Numbered from the stretch's first letter, positions 1 to 13,114 are shown. The stretch is 64,000 bases of DNA from Octopus bimaculoides (GCF_001194135.2 NC_068984.1:56896403-56960402); one strand, 5' to 3'. Program-made: numbers and translations. The notes: a model not told the origin generated them from the letters alone.

Positions 1-1332
1 TTTTTTTTCATTTAGATAATATTGTAAATTAGTAAGTCACTAATAGCAATTTACTGCTTATTATACTTATTTGAATCTCATGAAGATTTGTTTTAATAAT
101 CTATTCCTTTTGTATGGTGAATTGTATTCATAATAATAATCTTATTTAGTACTATTTTAAATTTTTGTCGTTTTTTTTTTAACTTTGAAATTAATGATCT
201 CTGAGCATGCATGTATGTTTTTTGTATATCATTTTCATTATTTCTTCTCTTCCGAGATAAATGTCTAATGTATTGTAAATATCTGAAGTGTAATTAGTTG
301 GAAATATCTCATGACAGTTCTTATCTGTTGCTAGAATGGTTTAAAACCTAAATGTCTCCACGAGTCTGTTTCTTTCCTTACAAAATATGAATGGAATCCA
401 TTATTAGCTGTTCAAAATTGAATTAAAGTATCCTTCATCCTTTCTCTATTCTTTTAGTTTGTTTCCTACTGTAAGCTGCTGGAAAGCTTTTCCACACACT
501 TTCTACATACTTTGAAAACTTTGTTCTCCTTAATGAACTAATGAGATAGCCTAAAGGCAGTTGCTGAATTTGCTAGAAATGGCAGCCAAACCACCCTTAA
601 CTAACACCATAATATTTTAGAACAGGGAGGTTACTTTGGATAATGTAGTCCCATATATACAAAAGAGCCAAGATAATCTTGGCTGAAACATCTGTAAATT
701 CAGTCAAAGTTGAACTGAGACAAAAAGAAACAAAAAGTTTGTTTCCCATTGAAAAATTTAGAACAAACTTTGTTGCTTAATGTAAAAAGAGATTCTATTA
801 AATTCACTAAATTTAAACAGTTTTATATACAAATATCGTATTTTCTAAGAAGGTAAAGTCTGAAATCAGGGAAATTCAGCTACTATTTCTAGGAAACAAA
901 CCACTATGTAGAGGCTTCCTTGTTTGCTTGTAACAGAAAATATAGGATATTAGAACATCAAAAATGGTAGACTATTGTATATTATAAAGGGGTAGCCTAT
1001 TGGAAAAGCAGAAAGGATGATCTGTTGAAATATTAGAAAAGAAGGACTGTTGATGCATTGGAAGAACTTTGGAGGTAAATACTTGGCTGTATTTGGTTTC
1101 ATTCATGTATATTTGAATTTAAATCCTGCTAGTTTATCTTTTACCCTCCATCCTTCCGGTCTCAATAAACTAAAGTACTATGCATGCTATTGAGTTGATC
1201 CATAATTGGCTACATTCATGCTCTTCCAATTTGTGCCCTTGCACCAAATATTATAAATTCTTACTACTTTCTTTAATTTCAATTAGTACTTGGTTAAAGT
1301 TCTTTCTCTGCCATGGTCATCATAGAATATAC

Positions 1333-2327
1333 TGTAGCAACTGTGCGACCAGGAGATGGTGACGAAGGAACAGCTCCTTTAGCGCATCGCATGGTCAGCA
1401 CAAATATAAAAAAGAATAAAAAGATGGAATGAGTTAAGTGCCAACAAGGAAAGAGAGAGACTCAACCGGTAAAGATGTATAAAAGTAAAGTTTCATTGGT
1501 AGTCAACTAGAATGTCTGTGTGAGTGAATGCGACATAATAAAACACAATATAAGACAGGCCCGTTGTGTAAACAATGTATGTGTGTGTATACAAATATGT
1601 GAATGTGAATGCAAGAGATACAGAGCATAGAAAACAGTCTATAATAAGGACATTAGAAGAACGTCCAGACACAAGGATATGAAATACCAGTTCGTAGCTA
1701 AGGTACACAGTAGGTTGAAGAGCCGTACAAGAAGTCGTGGCTGAATAGTAGAGCCTGGAGAAAAGATACTGTCACCCGAGAAGTAGAGGCTACGATGCTG
1801 CGACTGGTTACTTGGTACAGAGGGTCTCGCTGTTATTCGTGGTGAAGCATTTCACACAAACAGTGTTGAGAGAAACTGTGCGGGTGCTGTTGGCGGTGTG
1901 TGCGTTGAGACATCGGTGTAGACGCTGGCGATGAAGAAGCTTGTAGTAAGCAGTTAGTTGAACGCTGGTGTTAGTTCTCCAGTGGAGCAGAGTTATGTTG
2001 TCGCTGGAACTGGCTGGTGCTCTGTGGTCAGCGGCTAGACCTCAGAAGGTCTAAGGCCGAGACAAACTTAGCACAAATTAGCTACCTATTTAAGAGAAAA
2101 AAATTGGCTCAAGCAGGGGTTCAGAAAACCGTTCTACGTGACCTTATCAGAAGGCTATGATTGGTTGGTTTACACCCTGGCGTGAAATAGAACTAGAGAC
2201 AAAAGTGCGCCAATACCAACCAATCAGAGTGGTGGACACACAGGGTCCAAAGATGCGACCGAAAGCTAGATGTTATCTGCTACATCCGCATTCACATATA
2301 TATAACCAAGAGAGAAGCTTTGCTACA
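1333..2327. mobile_element. Solo LTR (995 bp), probably Ty3/Gypsy type
   Basis: Begins TGTAGCAA (1333) and ends TTGCTACA (2327), an 8-bp terminal inverted repeat of the TG...CA type. Flanked by a perfect 4-bp TSD ATAC (1329-1332 and 2328-2331). Richer in GC and CpG than its flanks. No internal gag/pol. Orientation unresolved: TATAAAAG and AATAAA on + (about 1478 and 1537); CCAAT boxes and a TATA-like motif on - (about 2087-2226). Confidence 0.85.
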
Positions 2328-3106
2328 ATACTACTCTTACAGTGATGTGTCTCATTTATTTCAATATAGCCTATTGGTTGTGTTTAGAAACTTAATTCAA
2401 TGTTTCAAATGTGGTTTTATTGTATGTGTGACCAAATACACAAAGATGTTATAACTATTCAAATGTCTTCCACAAAAGTCATTCAGTTTTATATTTCATA
2501 TTAAAGGAAAATTTTATAATTCAATATTTGATTTTTTTTTTAATATTTACATTTAAAAACCAAGTTTAAAAAGACGCATTTTTAAAAATATTTTCTTATA
2601 GATGAGACATGCTAGAAATATTTCGTCAGGAATTCTAAATGAACAGTGTTGAGTAGCTTATATACAAGATATAAAATATTCATAGTTCTTTTTGATGATA
2701 ATCTATATCTTCATTTACTTAAATAAAATATAGTTACTGAACATATTTTAAAGGCTATTTTAAGCTTTAATTTCACACTAGAAATAAGAACTATATAAAT
2801 GATAACTCTGTTTGTAATATTATAAGTAGAATTTCATTGATTCTAATTCTGAATAAGAAAGAAAATTTTCTCTTCTGCTGGCTGTCCTAAAGAGAAATTT
2901 TGATCAATACCTATTACATATAATGGAGTTATTATTTCCAAAAGTAGAGACAGTTGTCTGATTCTGATTGAAGATATTTCAATTACATCTCTTATCCTGG
3001 TAGTCACAGTATATATGAAATCCAAGAAAATCAAGAGCTACTTTTATTAAAGTTCCTTTCAAGCACATTTTAAATAATCTCTTATTATGTCCCTGCTATA
3101 CTCACA

Positions 3107-3301
3107 TTTCTTTAATTTCAATTAGTACTTGGTTAAAGTTCTTTCTCTGCCATGGTCATCATAGAATATACTGTAGCAACTGTGCGACCAGGAGATGGTG
3201 ACGAAGGAACAGCTCCTTTAGCGCATCGCATGGTCAGCACAAATATAAAAAAGAATAAAAAGATGGAATGAGTTAAGTGCCAACAAGGAAAGAGAGAGAC
3301 T
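3107..3301 (+). repeat. Exact 195-bp direct copy of 1268-1462 (65 bp host flank plus first 130 bp of the LTR)
   Basis: Read-through comparison of 1268-1462 with 3107-3301 showed no mismatch. Confidence 0.92.
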
Positions 3302-3667
3302 TTAAAAGAATTTTCAGTTTCTACAAGTTTGTTAATAAAATGTAAAGGCAGAGAAATCTCATCAATCATTTCGAAATTTCTTATAGAACTGCCATAACAT
3401 AACAGCAAAATTGGTTTGATTGTTTTTGTTTTTACCCCCTCTATACTTAAAGGAAGGAAAAAGTTGAATATTGTTTAAAAATATCCTCTTTATATGATTA
3501 ATTAAAATAAGCTTTGATCTAGATGTATATATTAGCAGAGAATTTTACTGAGAAATTTCCACATGGTCTGCCCTACTGAGAAATGTTTTGAGAGACAAAA
3601 AACAGAAACTAAATACTGTAATGAATCTATCCTGTATTCTGGAGTCTTGGCAATCTCAATTACTTTA

Positions 3668-4712
3668 ATCATCATCATCATCATCATTGTCATCTAACAT
3701 CTGCTTTCCATGCTGGCTTGGGTTGGACGGTTTGATTGGGAACTGGTAAGCTGGGAGGCTGCACAAGGACCCAGTTTGATTTCTACAGCTGAATGCCCTT
3801 CCTAATGCCAACTACTCCAGGAGTGTGGTGGGAGCCTTTGACATTCCACTGGCATGGGTGCCAGTCAAGCAGCACTGGTATCAGCCATGCTTGAATGGTG
3901 CTTTTTACGTTCCATTGTGGCACAGATGCCAGTTAGGTGGCATTAGCATTGGCCATGCTCAAATGGTGTGTTTTATGTGCCACAGGCACGGTTGCCAGTC
4001 AGGCAGCACTGGCATTGGCCACACTCAAATAGTGCTTTTTATGTGACACCAGCATTAGCATCAGCCACAGCATCAATTTCACTGTTCAAAAGGTCTTCAC
4101 AAGCACGGCACATCGCCCAATGATTGGAGGGTGCTTTTAAACAGGCCAGTTATGTGACGCTGGCATTGACCACGACTACGATCTCACTTGGCTTGTTGAG
4201 TCTTCTCAATCACGGCATATCTCCATAGGTCTTGGTTGCTTGTCATTGCCCCTGTGAGGCCCAACATTCGAAGGTCATGCTTCACCACCTTATCCCATGT
4301 TTTCCTGGTCTACCTCTTCCACAAGTTCCCTCCACTGTTAAGGTGTGACATATCTTCACACAGCTGTCCTCATCCATACACATCACATGACCATATCAGC
4401 GCAGTCGTTTCTCTTGCACACCACATCTGATGCTTTTTATGTCCAACTTTTCTCTCAGAGCACTTACAGTCTGTCGTGTATGCACACTGACATTACACAT
4501 CCAGCAAAGCATACTAGCTTCATTCCTTGCAAGCTTGCACATGTCCACAGCAATCAAAGCCCATGTTTCTCTGCCATGTAGCATGGCTGTTTGCATACAG
4601 GCACCATACAGTCTACTTTCCACTCTGAGCAAGAGGCCCTTTGTTACCAGCAGAGGTAGGAGCTCTCTGAACTTTGCCCAGACTATTCTTATTCTAGCAG
4701 CTATGCTCCCAG
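3668..4712 (-). mobile_element. 5'-truncated RTE-clade LINE (C-terminal ORF remnant, 3' UTR and (GAT)n tail)
   Basis: Minus translation ...SIAARIRIVWAKFRELLPLLVTKG..RVESRLYGACMQTAMLHGRETWA..MCKLARNEASMLCWMCNV..LREKLDIKSIRCGVQEKRLR is typical of the RTE post-RT region (LYxAxVxxxMLxGxETW, RRLRW). Ends in a (GAT)n tail. Confidence 0.88.
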
Positions 4713-5042
4713 AGTGTAAAATTTCAGATTTTGTTCTTATTGTTTTATCCTGATCAGTTCCAGTTGAGCAGAGATATATTAAAAGATATTCAACTTTTGA
4801 CCATATCTTTTTTTTTTATTATTATTAGAATTTACATTATCCAATATGTTCTTTCTTTTCCAAGATGGTAGGTTAAGATTTGGAGGACAGTATTCTTCTA
4901 TATCTGGCATGTAAATATGATTTTTCTGTTCCTGCTTTTGGGTTGTGTATTCTAAATGCAATCATTAGTTTTCAGTTTTTTTTTTTTTATCTGTCTTACT
5001 AATTCATTTAGCTTCCTAGTTGACAATATTATAAACTAAAAC

Positions 5043-5256
5043 AAGGTAGTGAGCTGGCAGAATCATTACTGCACCAGGCAAAATGCTTAGCAGCATTTCA
5101 TCCATCTTTATTTTCTGAGTTCAAATTCTATTGTGGTCGACTTTGCTTCTCATTCTTTCAGGGTTGTTAAAATAAGTACCAGCTGAGTACTGAGGTCAGT
5201 GTAATTGACTTGCCCTCTCCTTGCATATTTCGGGCTTTGTACCAAAATTTGAAACA
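5043..5256 (+). mobile_element. SINE family A copy with 18-bp TSD
   Basis: AAGGTAGTGAGCTGGCAGAA head and GAGTTCAAATTC..GACTTTGC..AAAATAAGTACCAG core shared with many other copies. TSD AATATTATAAACTAAAAC at 5025-5042 and 5257-5274. Confidence 0.85.
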
Positions 5257-5965
5257 AATATTATAAACTAAAACTTATTATCTGAACAGTATCTATACAT
5301 ATTACCTTATTGTCATCATTTAGCCCTGTTATAAGTACAAATTTATCTGGGCTATAGTAGAGAAGGCAAGTCACTGATTTGGTTAAAAATGAGCAATGGC
5401 TAGAAGAATATTGAGTGAAACCTAGTAACCAGTTGATCTAGCAAGTGGGGCCACATCTCAGTGAGTGAGGCTGGTGTGCAATAATGTCATTGAGAGGTAG
5501 GCCCCAAAATGGTGCACATTCTCTCCTGGTGACCTCATAAACTTGTTAGCATCTGATATGCAGAGCTTTCAGCTGGTTAGGGTTAGGGTATGTAACCCTA
5601 ACAGGTACACAGAAACGATCGTAAACTCACTCTCACCTTTCTTAACTAATTAAATAATGGCTTCCTAGCGCAAAAGACACACTTCTTGTTGTAATTTTTC
5701 CTCCATATTCTTATCGTCTCTCTCTCTATATATATAGTCAAAATAAGTAACAAGGATATCCAAAGTTAATGCAATACAATCATATCATGCGACTCCATAT
5801 AATTAAGCAATGTGAACCTTACATCAAATATAAAATGCATAGCAATCCTCAGTTTCACAAAGATATAGAAATTTACTGAAATTACATTTCAGCAGAAGGA
5901 CATATTTTTATAACTACATTTAAACTCTCCAAGTAGAAAGGAAGAATACAAAAAAACATTTTGAC

Positions 5966-6110
5966 TTAGCCAATATATATGAGGGTTTCCAGTTGTTTGT
6001 CATATACAGCATACAAAGTGAGGTCACCCATATACAGGAAATGATGAACAGTACTTTTCCATATCTTATCTATATCCAGTCTGAATAAATAATGTATGTG
6101 TAACACAAAA
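5966..6110 (-). mobile_element. Degenerate non-LTR reverse-transcriptase fragment (R4/Dong-like)
   Basis: STVHHFLYMGDLTLYAVYDKQLETLI resembles the RT catalytic motif (V/I)NHLLYMDDLKLYA..EKQLESLI, with YMDD changed to YMGD. Confidence 0.55.
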
Positions 6111-6535
6111 GCACAGACCTTCTCATCTGATAGCATTTTGCTTTCAGGAAGATTAATTTTAATTGGATATGCTTTGTGAAGTCCAAATATACAACTGGTC
6201 ACTCCTTAGAATTGCAAAAATTAACTAAATATCTATATCATGTTTAAGAAGCTTTGCAAATAACATACATTTTACAAATTAATGTTGATCTAACTGGATA
6301 CAATATTTAATGATGTTAGCCACATATAAGGACAAAAGGGGATTGGCCAGTGAATAAAGTCTATTAGAACTACCCTTTATAGAAATGGAAGTGGATATTG
6401 GTAGTAGAGGCAATGGTGGAATTTTTAGTTAAAGGTTCTGGTTAAAATGTTACTGTAAACAAAAGGGACTTCCTCCTACTGCTGTTGCTTCTGCTGCTTC
6501 TACTGGAATCAGCAAAGCACCTTTTTACCATTTAC

Positions 6536-6714
6536 CTTTTACTTGTTTCAGTCATTAGACTGTGGTCATGCTGGGGCACCACTTTGAAGAATTTTAGTCG
6601 AATGAATCAATCCCAGTACTTACATTTTTTGAAGTCTGGTATTTATTGTATTGATCTGCTAAGTTAGGAGGATATAAACACATCAACACTGATTGTCAAG
6701 TGGTGGGACAAAGG

Positions 6715-6777
<63 letters not shown>

Positions 6778-6946
6778 AATATATATATGATGGGCTTCTT
6801 TCAGTTTCTGCCTACCAAATTCACTTATATGGCTTTGGCTGGCCCATGGCTATAGTAGACGGCACCTGTGTAAGGTGTCACACAAAGGGACTGAACCTAG
6901 AACCATGTGATTGGAAAGCAACACTTGTGCCTATATTCACACCTGC
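6536..6946 (-). mobile_element. SINE family B copy (tRNA-like head, internal (CA)n microsatellite, ...GACTGAAACAAGTAAAAG tail)
   Basis: Reverse complement aligns by eye to the well-preserved copy at 21797-22200. Confidence 0.8.
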
Positions 6947-7429
6947 AAATTCCATATAGTATCTGATTATGCAGTTACAGTATTATATGTATTTAGTATT
7001 TTGTTACACAGCCTTTTACATGAGAAGTTCAAATCCCACCAAAGGTGACTACACCTTTGAAGCCTCTAGGGTCAATAACATAAGTACTGGGATTAATTTA
7101 ATCGACTAAATCTCTTCACCAAAATTTGTGCCCTGTCCTTATCATTGGACTGTTGCATCACTAAATACTGGGTCTTTAAATTTTCTTGGCCCACAACCCT
7201 AGCTATAACATCTGCTAATTCACAAAAACATTTTTCCTTTAGCTGTAGTTAGACTTTGTTGAGTAAATATGAAGTTCTGCTTTTGTTTTGTGCCAGAACA
7301 CCTATTAAAAACATTCTGCAAGTGCAAGGTGTAGGCCATCTCACCCAACTAAACAACCAACCAACCAACCAACCAACCAACCAAGCCTTAAGAGAATTGT
7401 ATTTTTTGGTATGTGCATATGTATGTGAT

Positions 7430-7612
7430 GTATCATCATCATATAATGTCCGTTTTTCGTGCTGGCATGAGTTGGATGGTTTGACTGGAATTGATAAGAC
7501 CAGGGGCTGCACCAGGCTCCATAGTCTGTCCTGGCATGGTTTCTACAGCTTGATGCCATTCCTAACGACCAACCATTGAGTGTACTGGATACTTTTAACA
7601 TGGCACCAGCAT
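7430..7612 (-). mobile_element. RTE-type 3' tail fragment
   Basis: (CAT)n followed by ...GTCCG..TT..TGCTGGCATG.GTTGGA, matching 3668-3810. Confidence 0.7.
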
Positions 7613-9251
7613 GAAAAACACACACACACACACACATCTAAGAGTCTGTAAGTCAGGAAAAAATGCACTCGTATATCTGTCAGTAGAGTGGATATATTAA
7701 AGTATTATATATCCATTACACCTGATTATACCAATTGGTTTCATACTAGGGGCTCAATGAAGTCTTAGGTAACAATCCTATTATGTGACCCTCCACTCGT
7801 GAAAGGTAGCCGTTACGGAATGAAATATGGAAACTGTGTAGTGGAAACTATGTGTAGTGGTACATATAGTACCACTACACACATTCCATTTCCACAAGGA
7901 CACCAAGCTTAAAGACACACACAATTCCTGCAAAATCATTTTTCGAAAAAAGCTCTTGCTGACTTGCAACAAAACCACCCCCAGAGACAATGTTTGGATA
8001 TGAAGGGACATAACTTTTAGCTCAATCTCCTGCTCAATTCATTTCATCATCTTTTTCACAGCACCCACAAACTGGATCTGTCTATGCACCTCCAACAATA
8101 GAGGGTGGTTGCCATATTTTATTCCATAATGGCTACCTCTGATGTGTGTAGGGTTACATAATCAGACTGCTACCTAACACTCTGTTGAACTCTGTGTGAA
8201 ACCAATTGGTAAGATCAGCTATAATGGATATATAATACTGTACACTTCAATTAATATATATATATAGTTATGGTATATTCTGTTAAGAACGTAGTAGAGT
8301 ACAGTATAAAGCTCGTCCACCTTCAGATTTACCCTGTGCTATCCAGTAGTAGTATTATATGTACTTTCAGGTTTGAATTTGGGCATCTGTAATGTGTGAA
8401 TAGATAATTGAAAAAATTGGAGTCAACAAGAAGGGGTATGGTTGGACATTTATTTTTAAATCTCTACAGTTGTCTCCATGCAACATAGTTTTCCAGGTGT
8501 ACAAGTACTTGATTATGCAACTTTTTTTCAATTATATGTATGTATGTGTATGTATATATATATATATAGGATTATATAAACAATTCTCTTTTGTAGTTGT
8601 TACTTTAGTCTGGTAGTACATTCTTGGTGCATATTCAGTTTTATTTCTTCAAACTGGGAGATCATAACTTCATCTCCTTGTTCTTTAAATGAAGAATCTC
8701 TAGTTTATCATTAGATATTACTACAGATCTCATTATTCATATCATATAATTTTAGATTCAAGTACTTTGCATTATTTCTCCTATGATAAAGTATCGACAA
8801 AGAAAGATTTCATGCAAGAAGTCCACTTGTAAGTAAAAATCCAGATCTTATTTTTAAAACCCTCCATAAATCTACTTCAGATGGATTTGGCTAAGATGAA
8901 ATTAGCATGCAAGATGAGTAAGATTAGTTTTGGATTACGTAGAATGAGTTTGTATTATTAACTCTATATATACAGGTTTCTAGTATTACATAAGTAACTT
9001 TGTATGAATTGAATATATCACATTATGGGTTTATACATAAGGATATGAATCTTCATTTTATTCTGTAACTATTTCAAAATCTTCAATGTAACCATTGATA
9101 CAAAGTTCAATTGATGAGAATATAGATTCTTACTTGCTAATGCTTCACTTGCTCTGTTTATTATTTTTTTTTAGATATTCTTTGTAATCATTATTAACTT
9201 ACTAAAAATGCAATTCAACTGGTTATTATATTTTACAATTCTAATCAAATA

Positions 9252-9287
<36 letters not shown>

Positions 9288-9293
9288 AACAAA

Positions 9294-9985
9294 AAAATGG
9301 AACAAAAACATAACAGGTGACAACAAAACATCCGGACAGTTAGACGATACAAAAAAGGACAGGAAAAAACAAGGACGGGTCATTCAGAGCTTTCTTTCTT
9401 CAGTCAAGTTCCAGATTCTCATTGCATTTTTGGCTGGTTACACTTGAGACTGTTCCAATCTGGCTGGCCCCAAGAAAATCTAAGCTAAGAGCACTAGTTC
9501 TTTGGTAGAAAGCAAGTAAATGTATATGAAAACAAGAAGAAAAAACTGGAGAAATGGTACACAATTACCAATACAATTAACAGGACACTAACAATGGGTG
9601 TATTTCGACCGAGGATGAATTAAATTAAACTGGCGTGTGTGGAAGTGAAGCATTACGGCAGGAACATAAGGGATGAAAGTCATGGGAAGGAATAAAAGAG
9701 ATGCTACATGGATGGTAGTCAAATCAAGAATGAAAGGTCAGGCTTGGCTGAACACTGGTCATGTGGAAGGAGAGGAGAGAGGTAGGGGGGGCAGAAGGGT
9801 TGAAGAATTAGAGAGGGACAAGTGAGAAAAAGAAAAGAAAGGGACAGTGAAGTAAAGGAGGAGGGAAAGTGATGAGAATGAAGAGAAGGCCAAGAAATGT
9901 GAGCGGGGAGTGAGAAAAAGAAAAGTGAAAAGAACAAAGTAAGTGCGAAAGGGTCTAAAAGAAAGATTAAGAGAATCATACAGAA

Positions 9986-10017
<32 letters not shown>

Positions 10018-10608
10018 CTTACATACAGGAGACCAAAAGTACCCTTACGCCACTATATGTATATATAAAAAAAGCAAAACAAAACAAAATGGAACAAGAA
10101 TGTAACAGGTGACAACAAAACATCCAGACAGACGATACAAAAAAGGACAGGAAAAAACAAAGATGAGTCATTCGGAGCTTTCTTTCTTCAGTTGAGTTCC
10201 AGATCGTCTTTGCAATTTCGGCCATTTACACTCGAGATTGCTCCAATCTGGCAGGCCCCCAAGACAATCTAAGCTAAGAGCACTAGATTCTTTAGAAGGA
10301 AGCAAGCGAATGTTTATGAAAACAAGGATGGAAAAAACAGAGAAAAATGGTACACGATTACAAATACAAACAACAGGACATTAACAACAGGTGTCTTTCG
10401 ATTAAAGACAAATTAAGCTGGTATGTGTGGAAGTGAAGCCTTACAGCAGGAACATAAGCGATGAAAGTCATGGGAAGGAATATAAGAGATGCTACTTGGA
10501 TGGTAGTCAAACCAAGAAAGAAGAGTCAGGCTTGGCGGAACACTGGTCATGTGGAAGGAGAGGAGAGAGGTAGGGGGCAGAAGGATTGAAGAATTAAGGA
10601 GGGACAAG
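9294..10608 (-). mobile_element. Two tandem ~525-bp diverged units (9294-9822 and 10086-10608), probably Penelope-like pseudo-LTR/3' ends
   Basis: Units are clearly collinear (GGAACAA..AACAGGTGACAACAAAACATCC...GAGGGACAAG). The minus strand carries a CTGAAGAAAG..CCGAA motif like PLE 3' ends. The family assignment is inference. Confidence 0.55.
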
Positions 10609-12692
10609 AAAGAGAGAAAAGGTGGATGTTAAACAATGATGATGATGATGAGTTTCATTCTCTAATTATTCCCAGAGAGTAATGGCATGCTGCAGTTTAT
10701 CCCAGTTTCCAAAGTGTTAAGCAATTACAACATATCACTTCTCTGGTTAGGATGTTAGTCAATATTTCACACTGGCTCAGTGCAAACCTATGATGATAAG
10801 TTTGTGTTCAACAATACAAAGTAATGAAACACAATAATTATACATTACTCATTCAATCTAAGAAGGGCGTCTCTTTGTGGTGATTTACTTGCTAAAATTA
10901 GCCTTCAAATATTCCTTAGATTATACTCAACCACCTTGAAAAGGGCGGGGAGAGACTTTAGTTAATGCATCTGAGTGACATAATATCTGAAAGAAAGATA
11001 GATCACAGCTGGAGTATCTTAGACAATAAGTCAGCTCAGTTAGGGCTTATCAAGAATTAAATAACATTACTCTTATCACTTACAACATTGAATTGTATCT
11101 TTTAATGGTATTAAATATAGGTATACAGTCTGGTCATTTAAGAGTAAAATATCCTTACCTTGAATAAAGTACAGTACCAGTGAAGGCACTTGAGCCATCA
11201 GGCCTTTGATTGCCAATTAAGATCTACATCAACTTGGTTAGGTACTGCTTTCATCTTATAATTTTAAAAGAACAAGTGTAAGTGTAATTATACGAAGAGG
11301 TATCTCAAGTATGACTAAATATTACCTATAGTACTATAAATCCTTGTAAACATGTAGAATTATAATATTGTTTATCTGAGTATGTCGAAGACTCAATTCT
11401 TGGATCCTATACATATACAAAATTGGTAAAGCAAGTGAACTTTTATCTGTAGTGCAAGACATAATTTTAATTCCCAACAGTTTCCTTACCATATAAAACC
11501 ACAGATTATACATGAATTAATGTTTTTTCAGTCTGTCAGGAGATACTGAAAAATCTCTGAAGGGACCAATACATGCTGAATGTGTTATTTCACCACTAAA
11601 CTGTCTCTATTTTGAATATCCTATTTTCGTTACCATAGCTATTTGCTAAAGAGAGCATTCCTTTAGTAACTTACCAACTCCTATAAATTATTTGTTACAC
11701 AATTACTATTTGCATTCATACATACTAACATAGAAACTTGTAGCTGCATAGTTTTAACTGATTTTTATTTTAATATCTGTAGGTTATTTAGGTCTTAGCA
11801 TTTAATTTTAGGACGTCTTTAAAAATGAAGCACCATTTAATTTTAAGGAGTCTATAAACATTAAGCTTTCTTCTAATTCATTATTCCTGATTATTAGCAA
11901 TAGCTTAAATTATTTTGCTTATGGAAGTGTTCTTTATTTTTTTGTGTTTACTTTTCTCTTCCTTTAGTGTTTATTTTCCTCTTTATGTATGAAACCGATT
12001 TTCATCATAGAGTGAAGAAAGGCAAACTTTCCCACCCTGGTTACACTAATTAAACCTTGTTTTAATTGCTGATTGGAGTACGAGTGAAGACTACCTCCAT
12101 GAATTGGCTGAAAGAGCAATACATTTGAATGGTTTTCTACAACCTGTTTCAGATCTGTGGGAGAATTCAGTTTAGAACTGCATATTAACAAAACCCTGGT
12201 CTTAGATACATTGTACTCGGGGAGATAGGAGAGCAAAAATATCATAGTTGTTTAGTTTTGATCATATAAGTCTGAATAAAGACTAACCCAGTGCTAAACA
12301 ACAACCTACCATGTTCAACTATATCATCTCATAGCATAATGAAGTAGCTTTACTAAAACACCTTGGAGAATATCTACTATTAACTCCTCATCTCGCACCA
12401 AGTTGGTTAACTGAAATTTTATCATAGTGTTTTATAAGAAAATCTTGGATTTAACTCTGGAAGTTAAACATAGATTTTCTAAGAAACAGAATAGTTTAAA
12501 GTTAGCCTTTACAAAGAAACTATGGCTTATTACTATTAATGTATCATTTAAATAATCAAGCTCGCACATAATTTGTATTTATGTTAGACATTATTATTAA
12601 ATAACAGAAACAACATTCATATATAAATAATATATATGCATGTACAGGCATATGCATACAGAGAAATATGCACATGCACTTACACACACACA

Positions 12693-12724
<32 letters not shown>

Positions 12725-12840
12725 ACCCTGTTCCTTAAGAAAATGCTTTGACATTGAAACACTCATACAAGTGTTAGGTATTTATTTAAATAAAATTTTA
12801 TTCACTCGGTCTTACATTGAGTTCTTTTTTCAATATATAT

Positions 12841-13074
12841 AAGGTGGTGAGCTGGCAGAAACGTTAGCACACCAGGCAAAATGCTTAGCAGTATTTCATC
12901 TGCCATTACGTTCTGAGTTCAAATTCCGCCAAGGTTGACTTTGCCTTTCATCCTTTCGGGGTCAATAAATTAAGTACCAGTTACGCACTGGGGTCGACGT
13001 AATTGACTTAATCCCTTTGTCTGTGCTTGTTTGTCCCCTCTATGTTTAGCCCCTTGTGGGCAATAAAGAAATAA

Positions 13075-13078
<4 letters not shown>
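12841..13078 (+). mobile_element. SINE family A, best-preserved copy, inserted in an (AT)n tract
   Basis: AAGGTGGTGAGCTGGCAGAAACGTTAGCAC...GAGTTCAAATTCCGCC (B-box-like)...GGGGTCAATAAATTAAGTACCAG...AATAAAGAAATA. Confidence 0.88.

Positions 13079-13114
<36 letters not shown>

Noticed and set aside
11159-11223. Minus segment ILIGNQRPDGSSAFTGTVLYS with a strong AAG|GTAAGG donor (LamG-like look)
   Set aside because: The only compatible acceptor lacks a pyrimidine tract, and upstream acceptors give stops in all frames.
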